DNA of 64,000 nucleotides, taken from contig JAJCXZ010000091.1 of NCBI GenBank assembly GCA_029263175.1, positions 10,699-74,698 of the forward strand, read 5' to 3'. A program made the position numbers and the translations under genes. The notes below the pieces were generated by a model. That model was not told the origin of the DNA, made no database searches, and was given only the letters and a program-made list of their open reading frames with translations. The DNA is from Acidimicrobiales bacterium. GTDB lineage: Bacteria; Actinomycetota; Acidimicrobiia; Acidimicrobiales; Aldehydirespiratoraceae. Positions 27,903 through 36,489 of this stretch are shown here, one piece after another. Positions within the stretch are counted from its first letter, which is position 1. Every line of letters begins with the position of its first letter.

Positions 27903-28820
27903 ATGTCGCGCCAACAATCTCAGCTCACCTGCCCGCTCGTTCGTCACCTCGTAAAAGCTCTCGGCTTCCTCCTGGTCCTCGCGCTGGGAGCGAGCGCGTG
28001 CGGCGGATCGAGCTCGACCGGCGAAGCGGGATCCGGTTCGTCGACGCCTGACGACATCCCGGGGACGGAGGCGTTTGGCCTGACCGAAGAGGAGTTCACT
28101 CAGCACGTCGAGGGCGTGGAGAGCTCGATTGCCGCCTGCATGGCGGAGGCAGGATTCGAATACATCCCGCTCGACGTGCAGACCATCCACAGCGTCAGCG
28201 ACTGGCTGCGTACCGAGCCCGGCGTTTCTCGGCTCGACTACAAAACCGAGTGGGGCTTCGCGGCGAGCACTCGATTCGACGACCCCGCGGTCGAGGTCAG
28301 CCGCGGCGAACAGAACATCGCCATCTTCGACACGCTCACCGAGGCCGATCAGGCCGCGTACGAGCGCACCCTTTGGGGCGACGATGCTGACGCCACGTTC
28401 GGCATCCTGCTCGACGACGAGGGATTCGACGCGGCCGGCGGCTGCACTCTCACCGCAGTCGAGGAGATATTCGATGCGGACATGATCCAGGACTCGTTCA
28501 TCAATCCGAAAGACGTGCTGATCGAAGCCGACCCTCGCGTGATCGCCGCTGACGAGGCATGGGTGGGGTGCATGCTCGACGCCGGGTACGACTACGGCGA
28601 CCAGGACGAAATCATCGACGAGTATGAAGAGCGCCTCGATGCACTGCTCGATGGTGACGAGCCCGACGAGCTCGACGCTGCAAAGACCGACGCACTGGCC
28701 GCGCTCCAACGCGAGGAAATCGAGGCGGCGCTTGTCGACTACAAATGCCAGTCGGATCACGTCGACGACGTCATCCGTGAAGTCGAGATCGAGGTCTTCG
28801 GCTTCGCGGTGAGCAACTGA
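27903..28820 (+). CDS. Acidic lipoprotein of unknown function (paralog 1)
   Basis: The ORF is 305 aa with the lipobox-like LALGASAC-GG. Four Cys are conserved with the next gene. Confidence 0.75.
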   Translation: MSRQQSQLTCPLVRHLVKALGFLLVLALGASACGGSSSTGEAGSGSSTPDDIPGTEAFGLTEEEFTQHVEGVESSIAACMAEAGFEYIPLDVQTIHSVSDWLRTEPGVSRLDYKTEWGFAASTRFDDPAVEVSRGEQNIAIFDTLTEADQAAYERTLWGDDADATFGILLDDEGFDAAGGCTLTAVEEIFDADMIQDSFINPKDVLIEADPRVIAADEAWVGCMLDAGYDYGDQDEIIDEYEERLDALLDGDEPDELDAAKTDALAALQREEIEAALVDYKCQSDHVDDVIREVEIEVFGFAVSN

Positions 28821-29680
28821 TGCGTTTCCACCAGGCCCCAACGGTCGCCGGCGTGGTGGTGTCCCTTGCCATGCTGGCGGCCGGCTGCGGTGGGTCGGCC
28901 GGCTCGGGTCCCGTCTCCGAGTCGGCCGCCATCGGTGGCGAAGAGTTCGGGCTCACGATGGGTGAACTCTCCGAGCGTGCGGAGGACGCCGAGCGGTTGA
29001 TCGGCGAGTGCATGTCAGTCGCCGGCTTTGAGTATGTGCCGGTCGACTTCTCCACCATCCGCGACGCAATGACGAGCGACAAGACCGCCGCCGGCATGAG
29101 TGGTGCGGAGTTCCGCGCCGAGTTCGGGTACGGGATCTCGACACAAGAGGCCAAGCCCATCGTCGAGCTCGGGCGTGGCGCAGAGAACATCGTCATCTTC
29201 GAAGCGCTCTCCGCCGCCGATCAGGCCGCCTACCAGCGCACGCTCTATGGCACTGACCTGGAAGCGACTTTGGCGTACTCGCTCGAGCTCGAAGATCTCA
29301 GCCGGACCGGTGGCTGCACCCGGGAGGCGCTCACCTTGCTGTTCACCTCCGAAGAGTTGGCCGTCACGTACCTGAACCCAGGTGACGCATTGGTCGAGTC
29401 AGACCTGCGAGTGCTCGCGGCCGGAGAGGCGTTTGCGGCGTGTATGCAGGCCGCCGGCTTCGAATACGCCCATCCCGACGGGGTCGAGGACTCGATCTAC
29501 GAACGCTATATGGCGATCACCGACGGTGAACCGATCGACTCGCTGACGGCCGCAGCGCAGGCTGAGCTACAGACATTGCAGGATCACGAACGTGCTGTTG
29601 CTCCTGTTGCCCAGCAGTGCGAGATCGATGTCTTCGAGCCGGTCGCAGATCTGGTCGAACGAGAGGTCTTCGGGTCCTGA
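28820..29680 (+). CDS. Acidic lipoprotein of unknown function (paralog 2)
   Basis: The ORF is 286 aa with the lipobox MLAAGC-GG. It is colinear with paralog 1: CM..AGFEY appears twice, with QAAY.RTL.G and GGCT. Confidence 0.75.
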   Translation: MRFHQAPTVAGVVVSLAMLAAGCGGSAGSGPVSESAAIGGEEFGLTMGELSERAEDAERLIGECMSVAGFEYVPVDFSTIRDAMTSDKTAAGMSGAEFRAEFGYGISTQEAKPIVELGRGAENIVIFEALSAADQAAYQRTLYGTDLEATLAYSLELEDLSRTGGCTREALTLLFTSEELAVTYLNPGDALVESDLRVLAAGEAFAACMQAAGFEYAHPDGVEDSIYERYMAITDGEPIDSLTAAAQAELQTLQDHERAVAPVAQQCEIDVFEPVADLVEREVFGS

Positions 29681-29721
29681 AAGTCACGCTGGGGTCTGTC
29701 CCCAGCGTGACTTGCTCAGGA
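29675..29721. repeat. 33-nt palindromic REP-like element, copy 3 (perfect 14-bp arms plus 6-bp outer stem); probable bidirectional terminator
   Basis: TCCTGA-AAGTCACGCTGGGG-TCTGT-CCCCAGCGTGACTT-gc-TCAGGA. The outer arms contain the stop codons of both convergent genes (29678-29680 and 29716-29718). Confidence 0.85.
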
Positions 29722-30687
29722 CCGCCGGCGAAGGTGAGCAGGGATTGCAGTTCCCAGCTCTGCTGCGATCGACTCCAGTCGGTCGTCGATAGGCGCGCCG
29801 ATCGCGGCAAGGGCGCAGTTCAAAATCGAGAAGTTGCCGGCGCCCATCGCGATTCCGTCGGCGCCCACGCGGCCGAGCGCGAACTCTGCTCTGACCCGGC
29901 AGTCCGGGTACTCATCGTCATCTCGGAGCGCGACCGCATCGGCGAACGCACGGATCACGTCGCCCTTGGCCACGCCACAGTTGCCCAATCCGGAAGTGAT
30001 CGTGGGGCAGATCAGCTCGCTCCCTTCGATGGTCTTGATGCTCGCACGGAGCATCGCGGTGTGGGAGAGCAGTCAATAGAAGCAGTCGTTGAGCCAGCTG
30101 GTTCGAGCTGCCGTCAGCTCGATCTGCGTGCGGTGAATGCCGTCGCGAACGATCTCGTTGTCACCCATCTGTTCGAGCGACAGGTAGAGCACGCCGTGGA
30201 CGTCGAACATGGCTTCGACTTCGTCGGGAACCGCCGAAAGTGACCCGGGCGCCCATGCCGGCCCGACGGTGGGGACCCAGCCATCGCTGACGACGGCATC
30301 ATCGGGACGCGTGCGTGACGGTTCGCCTGGTTGCGGGTCGGGGAGCGGTCGCTCGTCGAAGCCAAGGCCGAAGCCGGTGACGTCGATTGCCGCCAGCCGC
30401 GAGACGACACTGACCAACTCGACGTAGGCGAACGGGTCGAGGCCATCGTCGGCCCAACGGTCGATGTCGACTTGTCGGATCGTCGAGGCTTCAACGGAAA
30501 CCCGTCGCGCTGCTTCTGTCGCCGCGTCCGGCAGGCCCCCGGTGGTCGGCGCACCGAGGTGCGCACGGCGAGCTTCGTCGGCGATCGCCACCCGTTCGGC
30601 CCCGGTCCACCATGTGCCGGCGTTGGCCAGGCGATCCCACTCTCGGTCGACCAGAGCGTCGAACTCGGCGGTGAGAGTGGTGCTCAC
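29716..30687 (-). CDS. AhpD/carboxymuconolactone-decarboxylase-like protein with in-frame TGA (candidate selenocysteine) at 30075-30073
   Basis: Track ORFs 30073..30744 and 29716..30054 are in the same frame, separated only by a TGA. The joined sequence reads ...TSWLNDCFY-[TGA]-LLSHTAMLRASIK..., which is the family motif N-x-C-x-Y-C-x-x-x-H with TGA at the second Cys. GC-rich third codon positions continue for 339 nt after the TGA. The start is taken as GTG 30687, 7 nt after the qor stop. Confidence 0.6.
30015..30070 (-). promoter_or_regulatory. SECIS-like stem-loop downstream of the in-frame UGA
   Basis: The upper stem GAUGCUC-CGUGC-GAGCAUC (30055..30037) starts 17 nt after the UGA and has GU in its loop. 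A possible lower helix pairs GCUCUCCC (30070-30063) with GGGAGCGAGC (30024-30015). Confidence 0.4.
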
Positions 30688-30694
30688 TGCTCGC

Positions 30695-31666
30695 TCATGG
30701 GCGAAGTAGCAACTTGCCGGTGGTCTGGCGGGCTTCCAGTGCACGATGCGCCTCGGCCGCCTGGGCCAGAGGAAGTTCGAGGCCGATTCGGACCTCGAGT
30801 TCGCCGGACTCGACCCAGCCGACGATCTCGTTCCACCGTCCGTCGCGCTCCTCCGGTGTGATCACGAAGTCGAACAACTTCGGCCTGGTCAGGAACAGGG
30901 ACTTTGCCATCAGCGCGATCGGAGCAACGGGAGGGACCGGGCCTGATGCGTTGCCGAACGTGGCCATGGTGCCGCGGATTCGAAGAACGGCGAGTCCGGC
31001 TTCGAAGGTGCTGGCGCCGACTCCGTCGTACACAACATCGATGGCGTTCTTGCCAACAGCAGCCTCCACGCCTTCGACGATGTCGACTCTCTCGTAGTTG
31101 ATGACATGGTCAGCCCCGGCGGAGCGCGCCAGCTCGGCCTTTGCGTCTGTGCCGACGGTGGCCACGACCTCGGCGCCGCGCAGCTTGGCCATCTGCACAA
31201 GCAGTCGTCCGGTGCCTCCCGCCGCGGCGTGAATCAGGCAACGATCACCGGGGCCGAGCGGGTAGACGGAATCGATGAGGTAGTGAGCGGTCATTCCCTG
31301 GAGCGGCAACGCCGCGGCGGCGGTGAGCGACATCGATTCTGGGACGTTGAGCGCGACTGCCGCGGAGACGGAGACCTGGCTTGCGTACGAGCCGGGTCCT
31401 CCTGCCCACGCAACAGCGTCGCCGACTGCGAAACCGGAGACTCCGTCGCCGAGCGCGGTGATCGTACCGGAGCCCTCGGAACCGGGGATCAGCGGCAGCT
31501 CCATCTCGTAGAGACCCGAGCGGTGATAGGTGTCTATGAAGTTGACGCTGGCCGCATGGACGTCGATCAGGAGCTCGCCTGCGGTGGGTTCGAGATCCGG
31601 GAGCTCACGAAGCCGAAGAACGTCTGGCCCACCGTGTTCGTCGATTTGGACAACAGTTCGTGACAT
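30695..31666 (-). CDS. qor: NADPH:quinone oxidoreductase (zeta-crystallin / MDR family)
   Basis: C-terminal 323 aa of the fused track ORF 30695..33325, starting at ATG 31666 (MSRTVVQIDEHGGPDVLRLRELP...). It has AAAGGTGRLLVQMAKLRGA and typical Qor colinearity. Confidence 0.9.
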   Translation of the reverse strand: MSRTVVQIDEHGGPDVLRLRELPDLEPTAGELLIDVHAASVNFIDTYHRSGLYEMELPLIPGSEGSGTITALGDGVSGFAVGDAVAWAGGPGSYASQVSVSAAVALNVPESMSLTAAAALPLQGMTAHYLIDSVYPLGPGDRCLIHAAAGGTGRLLVQMAKLRGAEVVATVGTDAKAELARSAGADHVINYERVDIVEGVEAAVGKNAIDVVYDGVGASTFEAGLAVLRIRGTMATFGNASGPVPPVAPIALMAKSLFLTRPKLFDFVITPEERDGRWNEIVGWVESGELEVRIGLELPLAQAAEAHRALEARQTTGKLLLRP

Positions 31667-31720
31667 GAGATCTCCCAGGGGTCGAAGCGTGTTATGTAAC
31701 CACAGAACCGGAGGAGGCCT

Positions 31721-33166
31721 GTGGCCCACAGTCTTGCTGATGTAGTGGTCGCCTGTCCGATCGACCGGGCGCGCGGCCGACGATGGGTGGGCCTGCTCGT
31801 CATGCTCTGCGGTGTGGCGGCGAGTTGCACCGCGGCGACGGAATCGGCGGATCCGATTGTCGAGTCGACGGCTACGACATCGAGCACGACTACTGTCGCG
31901 CCGACCACCACGACCGAGCCTCCACCTGCGGTGACCGTCGGCGCCGAAGTACTCGCTGATCGGGGCTTCGATCTTCTTGATGGCAAACGGGTCGGGGCGA
32001 TCGTCAACCAGACCTCGCTCGTGCGGGGCGAACACCTCATCGACTTGCTGCACGCTGCCGCCAACGTGGAGCTGGCGGCTGTCTTTGCCCCGGAGCACGG
32101 TGTGCGCGGCACGGCCGGCGCAGGGGATCTGATCGACGACGAGATCGACTCGGCCACCGGCGTCACGATCTTCTCGCTCTACGGCGAGACTCGGATGCCG
32201 ACCACCGAGATGTTGGTGGGCCTGGACGTGCTCGTGTACGACCTGCAGGATGTTGGCGGTCGCTTCTACACCTATGTTTCGACGATGGGTCTCGCCATGC
32301 AGGCGGCCGCAGCTGCCGGGGTCGAGTTCGTGGTGCTCGATCGGCCCGATCCATCCGGTGGGGTGACGCCGGCTGGATATGTTCTCGAGGAGGAGCAGCT
32401 TTCGTTCATCGGCCAGTACCCGGTGCCGGCGGCGTATGCGATGACAGCGGGCGAGTTGGCCCTCGCGATCGTGGCTGAGGGTTGGCTCGAGGGTCTCGAC
32501 GAACTGGTTTTGACCGTGGTGGAGATGCGCGGCTGGCTCCGCGGGATGACCTGGCAGGAAACCGGGCTGACATGGGTTCCGCCGAGTCCGGGTCTCCAGA
32601 CCGCCGAATCCGCCGTTGCCTACCTGGGCACGGTTCTCTTCGAAGCGACGTCCATCAGCTACGGCGGCGGCACCGTCGAGACGTTTGAGGTGATCGGTGC
32701 CGAGTGGGCCGACGAAATTTCGGTGTCCGCTCATCTGAATGGTCATCAACTCCCTGGAGTCGTCTTCGTCCCGGTGACGTTCACGCCGGGGCCGCTTCCG
32801 GGGCGCACCGACAATCCGCGCCTCAATGGCATCGAAATGCGTGGTGTTCGCATTCAAGTGACCGACCCTGCGCTTTTCGAACCGGTCAGCACTGCTGTCT
32901 ACGTCCTTGACGAGTTCGCTCGGGCTCACGCCGAGGCCGAGCTCGCATTCGAGCCGCCGTCGGGTACCGAAGGTGATGAGGCGGGGGACGAGGACGCGGC
33001 GGTCGAGCCGTTCGTGAACAGAGAACAGGTCATGGACCTGCTCGCAGGAACCGATGCCCTGGTTGCGGCGCTCGAGGGTGGTCTCAGCGCAGAGGAGATC
33101 GTGGCGTCGTGGGCCGCCGACCTCCAGAATTTCGGCCGGCTTCGTCTCCAGTACCTGCTTTACTGA
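31721..33166 (+). CDS. DUF1343 family protein (NamZ-like exo-beta-N-acetylmuramidase family), secreted or lipoprotein
   Basis: The ORF is 481 aa with a signal/lipobox-like LLVMLCGVAASC. The core reads GKRVGAIVNQTSL...FAPEHGVRG...TIFSLYGETRMPT...LVYDLQDVGGRFYTYVSTM. Confidence 0.8.
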   Translation: MAHSLADVVVACPIDRARGRRWVGLLVMLCGVAASCTAATESADPIVESTATTSSTTTVAPTTTTEPPPAVTVGAEVLADRGFDLLDGKRVGAIVNQTSLVRGEHLIDLLHAAANVELAAVFAPEHGVRGTAGAGDLIDDEIDSATGVTIFSLYGETRMPTTEMLVGLDVLVYDLQDVGGRFYTYVSTMGLAMQAAAAAGVEFVVLDRPDPSGGVTPAGYVLEEEQLSFIGQYPVPAAYAMTAGELALAIVAEGWLEGLDELVLTVVEMRGWLRGMTWQETGLTWVPPSPGLQTAESAVAYLGTVLFEATSISYGGGTVETFEVIGAEWADEISVSAHLNGHQLPGVVFVPVTFTPGPLPGRTDNPRLNGIEMRGVRIQVTDPALFEPVSTAVYVLDEFARAHAEAELAFEPPSGTEGDEAGDEDAAVEPFVNREQVMDLLAGTDALVAALEGGLSAEEIVASWAADLQNFGRLRLQYLLY

Positions 33167-33170
33167 CGGC

Positions 33171-33716
33171 GTGACTGCAGCGCAGCGAAACGCAGCCCCG
33201 AGAAGTATTGTGCTCACCGGCTTCATGGGAACCGGAAAGAGCACGGTCGGCCGACTCCTGGCGGCTGAACTCGGTCGCGAGTTCGTCGACACCGACGAAC
33301 TGATCGTGTCTCGCCACGGACCCATCGACGAGATTTTCGCCGACCATGGCGAGCCGTATTTCCGTTCGATCGAATCCGCTCTGGCGCATGAGCTTGCCGC
33401 CCGAGGCGGATTGGTCGTGGCGACGGGTGGCGGGATGCTGCTGCAGGACGATGTCCGTGACGCGCTCGCCGGTGATTCGGTGTTCTGTCTGACCGCAGCG
33501 TCGGATGTGATCGTGGCCAGGGTTCTTGCCGATCAATCCGGCGCTGTGCGCCCGTTGTTGGCCGGGGTCGATGCTGAGGCGAACGTGCTTCGATTGCTCG
33601 CGGCGCGAGCTGCGCGCTATCGCGAGTTCGAGCAGGTGATCACCGATGGGCTCACGCCGACGGAGGTCGCGGCGGAGATTCTGCGGCGACTCAGCTCGGG
33701 AGCCGACAACGGTTGA
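33171..33716 (+). CDS. aroK: Shikimate kinase
   Basis: Track ORF 33054..33716 trimmed to GTG 33171, just after the upstream stop. It has IVLTGFMGTGKSTVGRLLA, FVDTDELI and VVATGGG. Confidence 0.85.
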   Translation: MTAAQRNAAPRSIVLTGFMGTGKSTVGRLLAAELGREFVDTDELIVSRHGPIDEIFADHGEPYFRSIESALAHELAARGGLVVATGGGMLLQDDVRDALAGDSVFCLTAASDVIVARVLADQSGAVRPLLAGVDAEANVLRLLAARAARYREFEQVITDGLTPTEVAAEILRRLSSGADNG

Positions 33717-34509
33717 CGGTTTCGCCGATGCCCTCGATCGAGCATCGCACGACCGTGCCGTCGGCCATCCACTCCGGGGGCGTTCGAGCCGCGCCCACAC
33801 CCCCCGGGGTGCCGGTGGCGATCACGTCGCCCGGCTCGAGAGTGATGATACGGCTCAGATCCTGAACGATGTCGATGCAGTTGAAGCAGAGTTCGGACGT
33901 GTTTGACGACTGCTTCACGACCCCGTCGATTTCGGAGCTGATGGCGAGTCCCGATCCATCGCCGAGTTCGTCGCGAGTGACCACGACGGGCCCGAGCGGG
34001 GTCATGCCCTCGAACGTCTTGCCGGCGAGGAACTGAGTCGTACGGCGTTGATAGTCGCGCACCGACACATCGTTCAGGACGGTGTAGCCACCGATGGCCG
34101 CCAGCGCCTCATCCGCGGACGCGGCTCGCACCGTGGCTCCGATGACGATCGCCAGCTCGGCTTCCCAATCGATGTGTGTGGAGATGCCGGGGGACGGGAG
34201 AGCGATGTCGTCGCGAGCGCCGATGAGGGCCGCCCGGTACTTCGCGAAGTAGGTCGGGGCGGAGGGCCGGTCGCGGCCCATCTCGGCGATGTGATCGAGA
34301 TAGTTGACGCCAACGCACACGATCTTGTCGGGGGCGAGCACCATCGGCGCCAGCCGAGAATCGACGAAGGCGATGGACCTTCCCGTCTCGGCGGCACCAT
34401 CTCGTGCGAATACCGCACCAACGTCGGGTGCGTCGAGGAGCACGATCTCGTCGCCTTCGACGCGACCGGCGCTGGTCGAGCCATCAATGATCACGGTGGT
34501 GAGTTGCAT
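33691..34509 (-). CDS. Fumarylacetoacetate hydrolase (FAH) family protein
   Basis: The ORF is 272 aa with KIVCVGVNYLDHIAEMG, WEAELAIVIG and ITLEPGDVIATGTPGGVG. Confidence 0.9.
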   Translation of the reverse strand: MQLTTVIIDGSTSAGRVEGDEIVLLDAPDVGAVFARDGAAETGRSIAFVDSRLAPMVLAPDKIVCVGVNYLDHIAEMGRDRPSAPTYFAKYRAALIGARDDIALPSPGISTHIDWEAELAIVIGATVRAASADEALAAIGGYTVLNDVSVRDYQRRTTQFLAGKTFEGMTPLGPVVVTRDELGDGSGLAISSEIDGVVKQSSNTSELCFNCIDIVQDLSRIITLEPGDVIATGTPGGVGAARTPPEWMADGTVVRCSIEGIGETVNRCRLPS

Positions 34510-34513
34510 ACGC

Positions 34514-35671
34514 TCAGTATGTCGCGAGCCGAACGCCGAGTTCGTCGATCTCAGCAGGTGTGAGGTTGGCGAAGCTGAAGCGAAGCATTCCCTCGTCGGT
34601 CGGGGTGAACGCGCTGCCGGGGATGACGAGCGTGTCGAACTCCACGATCAGCCGCCGGACGGTCTCCTCCGTTGAGCGATGGTCAGTCGAGCGAACCCAG
34701 CCGAAATAGGCACCGCTGGTCACAAGCTCGAAGCCGCCTGGTGCGGTCGCCATCACCTTTGCGAAGTGGTCCTGGAGACGAGCGATCCGTTGGGCTTGCT
34801 CCCGCCGCCAACCGCCGGCGTGGCGCAGCCCCGTGATCGCCGCCTCTTGTCCGATGCGCGGCGCGCTGATTGCCACACAGTCCAGAATCTTCAACGTCTC
34901 TCGCTGAACTTCCGCTCCGCTCACGATCGCTCCGACCCGATAACCGGGAATGGCGAGGTCCTTCGAGAAGGAGTGCAGACTGATCAGAGTTCTGCGCCAG
35001 CTCGGGTTGTCGAACACGGCGTGGGCGGGCGCCTCTGTCGGTCGAAACGTTCGGTAGGTCTCGTCGAGGATCAGCGCGATGTCGCTTCGATCTGCGAGCT
35101 CGACGAAGTCCGCGATCAGCTCGGGAGGAATGGTGACGCCGGTTGGGTTGCCTGGGGACACCAGAAGAATGGCCCGGGTGGTGTGGTCGATCAGTTCGTT
35201 CGCGTGCTGAAGGTCGGGCAGGAGTTCGTCGCTGCTTCCGAGGTGGCGGACCTCGATTCCCTCGGCCTGAAGCCACATGTCGTGGTTGAAGTAGAACGGC
35301 GTGGCGACGATGATCGAATCGCCGGGTTGAGCGAGGGCGTTGGCCGTCGCGCAGAAGGCCTGGTTGCAGCCGGCGGTGATCGTCACATCGCCGGCGCTGA
35401 CGTCGCTGGCGGAGTAGCTACGTCGAAGGTCAGCAGCGAATTCGTCGCGCAACTCCGGCAATCCCGCGGCCGGCGCGTACCGCGACGTGTTGGGCTCGCC
35501 GGCGGCTTGGGCGATACGGTCGGCCACGACTGGCGCGGGGGAGTACCCGGGCGCCGCCTGAGACAGGTCGAGCAGAGGACGGTTGTTCACCCGATGATCG
35601 AGCATGGCGAACGCGGCGCCGATGGGCGAGTCAATGAGATCGGACGTACGGGCCGCAAACTTCATGGCCAT
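34514..35671 (-). CDS. Class I/II PLP-dependent aminotransferase
   Basis: Track ORF 34514..35701 trimmed to ATG 35671 (MAMKFAARTSD...). It has LVSPGNPTG and the PLP-lysine context HSFSKDLAIPGYRVG. Confidence 0.85.
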   Translation of the reverse strand: MAMKFAARTSDLIDSPIGAAFAMLDHRVNNRPLLDLSQAAPGYSPAPVVADRIAQAAGEPNTSRYAPAAGLPELRDEFAADLRRSYSASDVSAGDVTITAGCNQAFCATANALAQPGDSIIVATPFYFNHDMWLQAEGIEVRHLGSSDELLPDLQHANELIDHTTRAILLVSPGNPTGVTIPPELIADFVELADRSDIALILDETYRTFRPTEAPAHAVFDNPSWRRTLISLHSFSKDLAIPGYRVGAIVSGAEVQRETLKILDCVAISAPRIGQEAAITGLRHAGGWRREQAQRIARLQDHFAKVMATAPGGFELVTSGAYFGWVRSTDHRSTEETVRRLIVEFDTLVIPGSAFTPTDEGMLRFSFANLTPAEIDELGVRLATY

Positions 35672-35730
35672 GAGTGTGGCCCCTGCATCGTGCTGACGCA
35701 CGGAGGAGCACTGCGGTCGAAAGGATCTTT

Positions 35731-36489
35731 GTGATCTCGGCTCACGACTATCTCGCTCGAATCGGCTTCGACGGAGCCGTCAATCTCGACGTCGCCACCC
35801 TCGAACGGCTCCAGCGAGCTCACCTGACAGCAGTGCCATTCGAGAACCTGAACGTGTTCCACCGCGCCGGCGTTCGCACTGATACCGAGTGGTCGACGAC
35901 GAAGATCGTCGAAGGCGGCCGGGGCGGCTGGTGCTTCGAGAACAATGGGGCGTTTGGATGGCTGCTGGAGGAGCTTGGTTTCACCGTTCGACGACTGGGT
36001 GCGGCCGTTCTCCTCGGCGGTCCGAACCAGGTGATCGATCATCTCTGCATCGAGGTCGAACTCGACCAGCCCTATCTCGTCGACGTCGGCTTCGGCGACT
36101 CCTTCATCCGCCCTCTCGTGCTGAATCAGCCCGGCGAGCAGGATGGCGGCACTGGCAGCTTCGAGTTCTTGAACAGCCCGCAGGGTCTGACCCTGACCGA
36201 GCATGAGGATGGTGTGCCTGCCGCGCGCTACCGCTTCAAGCGGGTCGCTCACCGGCAGTCCGACTTCGACTCCGCCAGCGAGCGGTTGTCGACCGATGAG
36301 TCCGGTCATTGGCTTCAGAATCCATTCGCCACGCGGCTCATCGATGGTGGCCCCGACCGTGTCACTCTCTTGGGCGATCGGCTGAAGTTCACGCGCGCCG
36401 GAGTCGTGACCGAGACACCCGTTGCTCAGGAAGACTGGGACGACCTGTTGTGGGAGTGGTTCGCTATGCGGAGTCCGGCTTCGGGCTGA
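35731..36489 (+). CDS. Arylamine N-acetyltransferase (NAT)
   Basis: Track ORF 35674..36489 trimmed to GTG 35731, preceded by GAAAGGA. It has YLARIGFDG, VPFENLNV and the catalytic Cys context GRGGWCFENNG. Confidence 0.85.
   Translation: MISAHDYLARIGFDGAVNLDVATLERLQRAHLTAVPFENLNVFHRAGVRTDTEWSTTKIVEGGRGGWCFENNGAFGWLLEELGFTVRRLGAAVLLGGPNQVIDHLCIEVELDQPYLVDVGFGDSFIRPLVLNQPGEQDGGTGSFEFLNSPQGLTLTEHEDGVPAARYRFKRVAHRQSDFDSASERLSTDESGHWLQNPFATRLIDGGPDRVTLLGDRLKFTRAGVVTETPVAQEDWDDLLWEWFAMRSPASG

Noticed and set aside
29716-30054. Treating the 112-aa ORF as an independent small gene
   Set aside because: It is in frame with, and only 18 nt from, the TGA that ends the upstream ORF. It completes the AhpD-like motif and domain. 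It has no RBS of its own, and its ATG lies within the downstream hairpin.
30695-33325. 876-aa minus-strand ORF, one of the longest in the track
   Set aside because: Only its C-terminal 323 aa (30695-31666) look like a real protein, a quinone oxidoreductase. The upstream 550 aa are an Arg/Gly/Pro-rich antisense read-through of the plus-strand NamZ/DUF1343 gene, which has clear family motifs.
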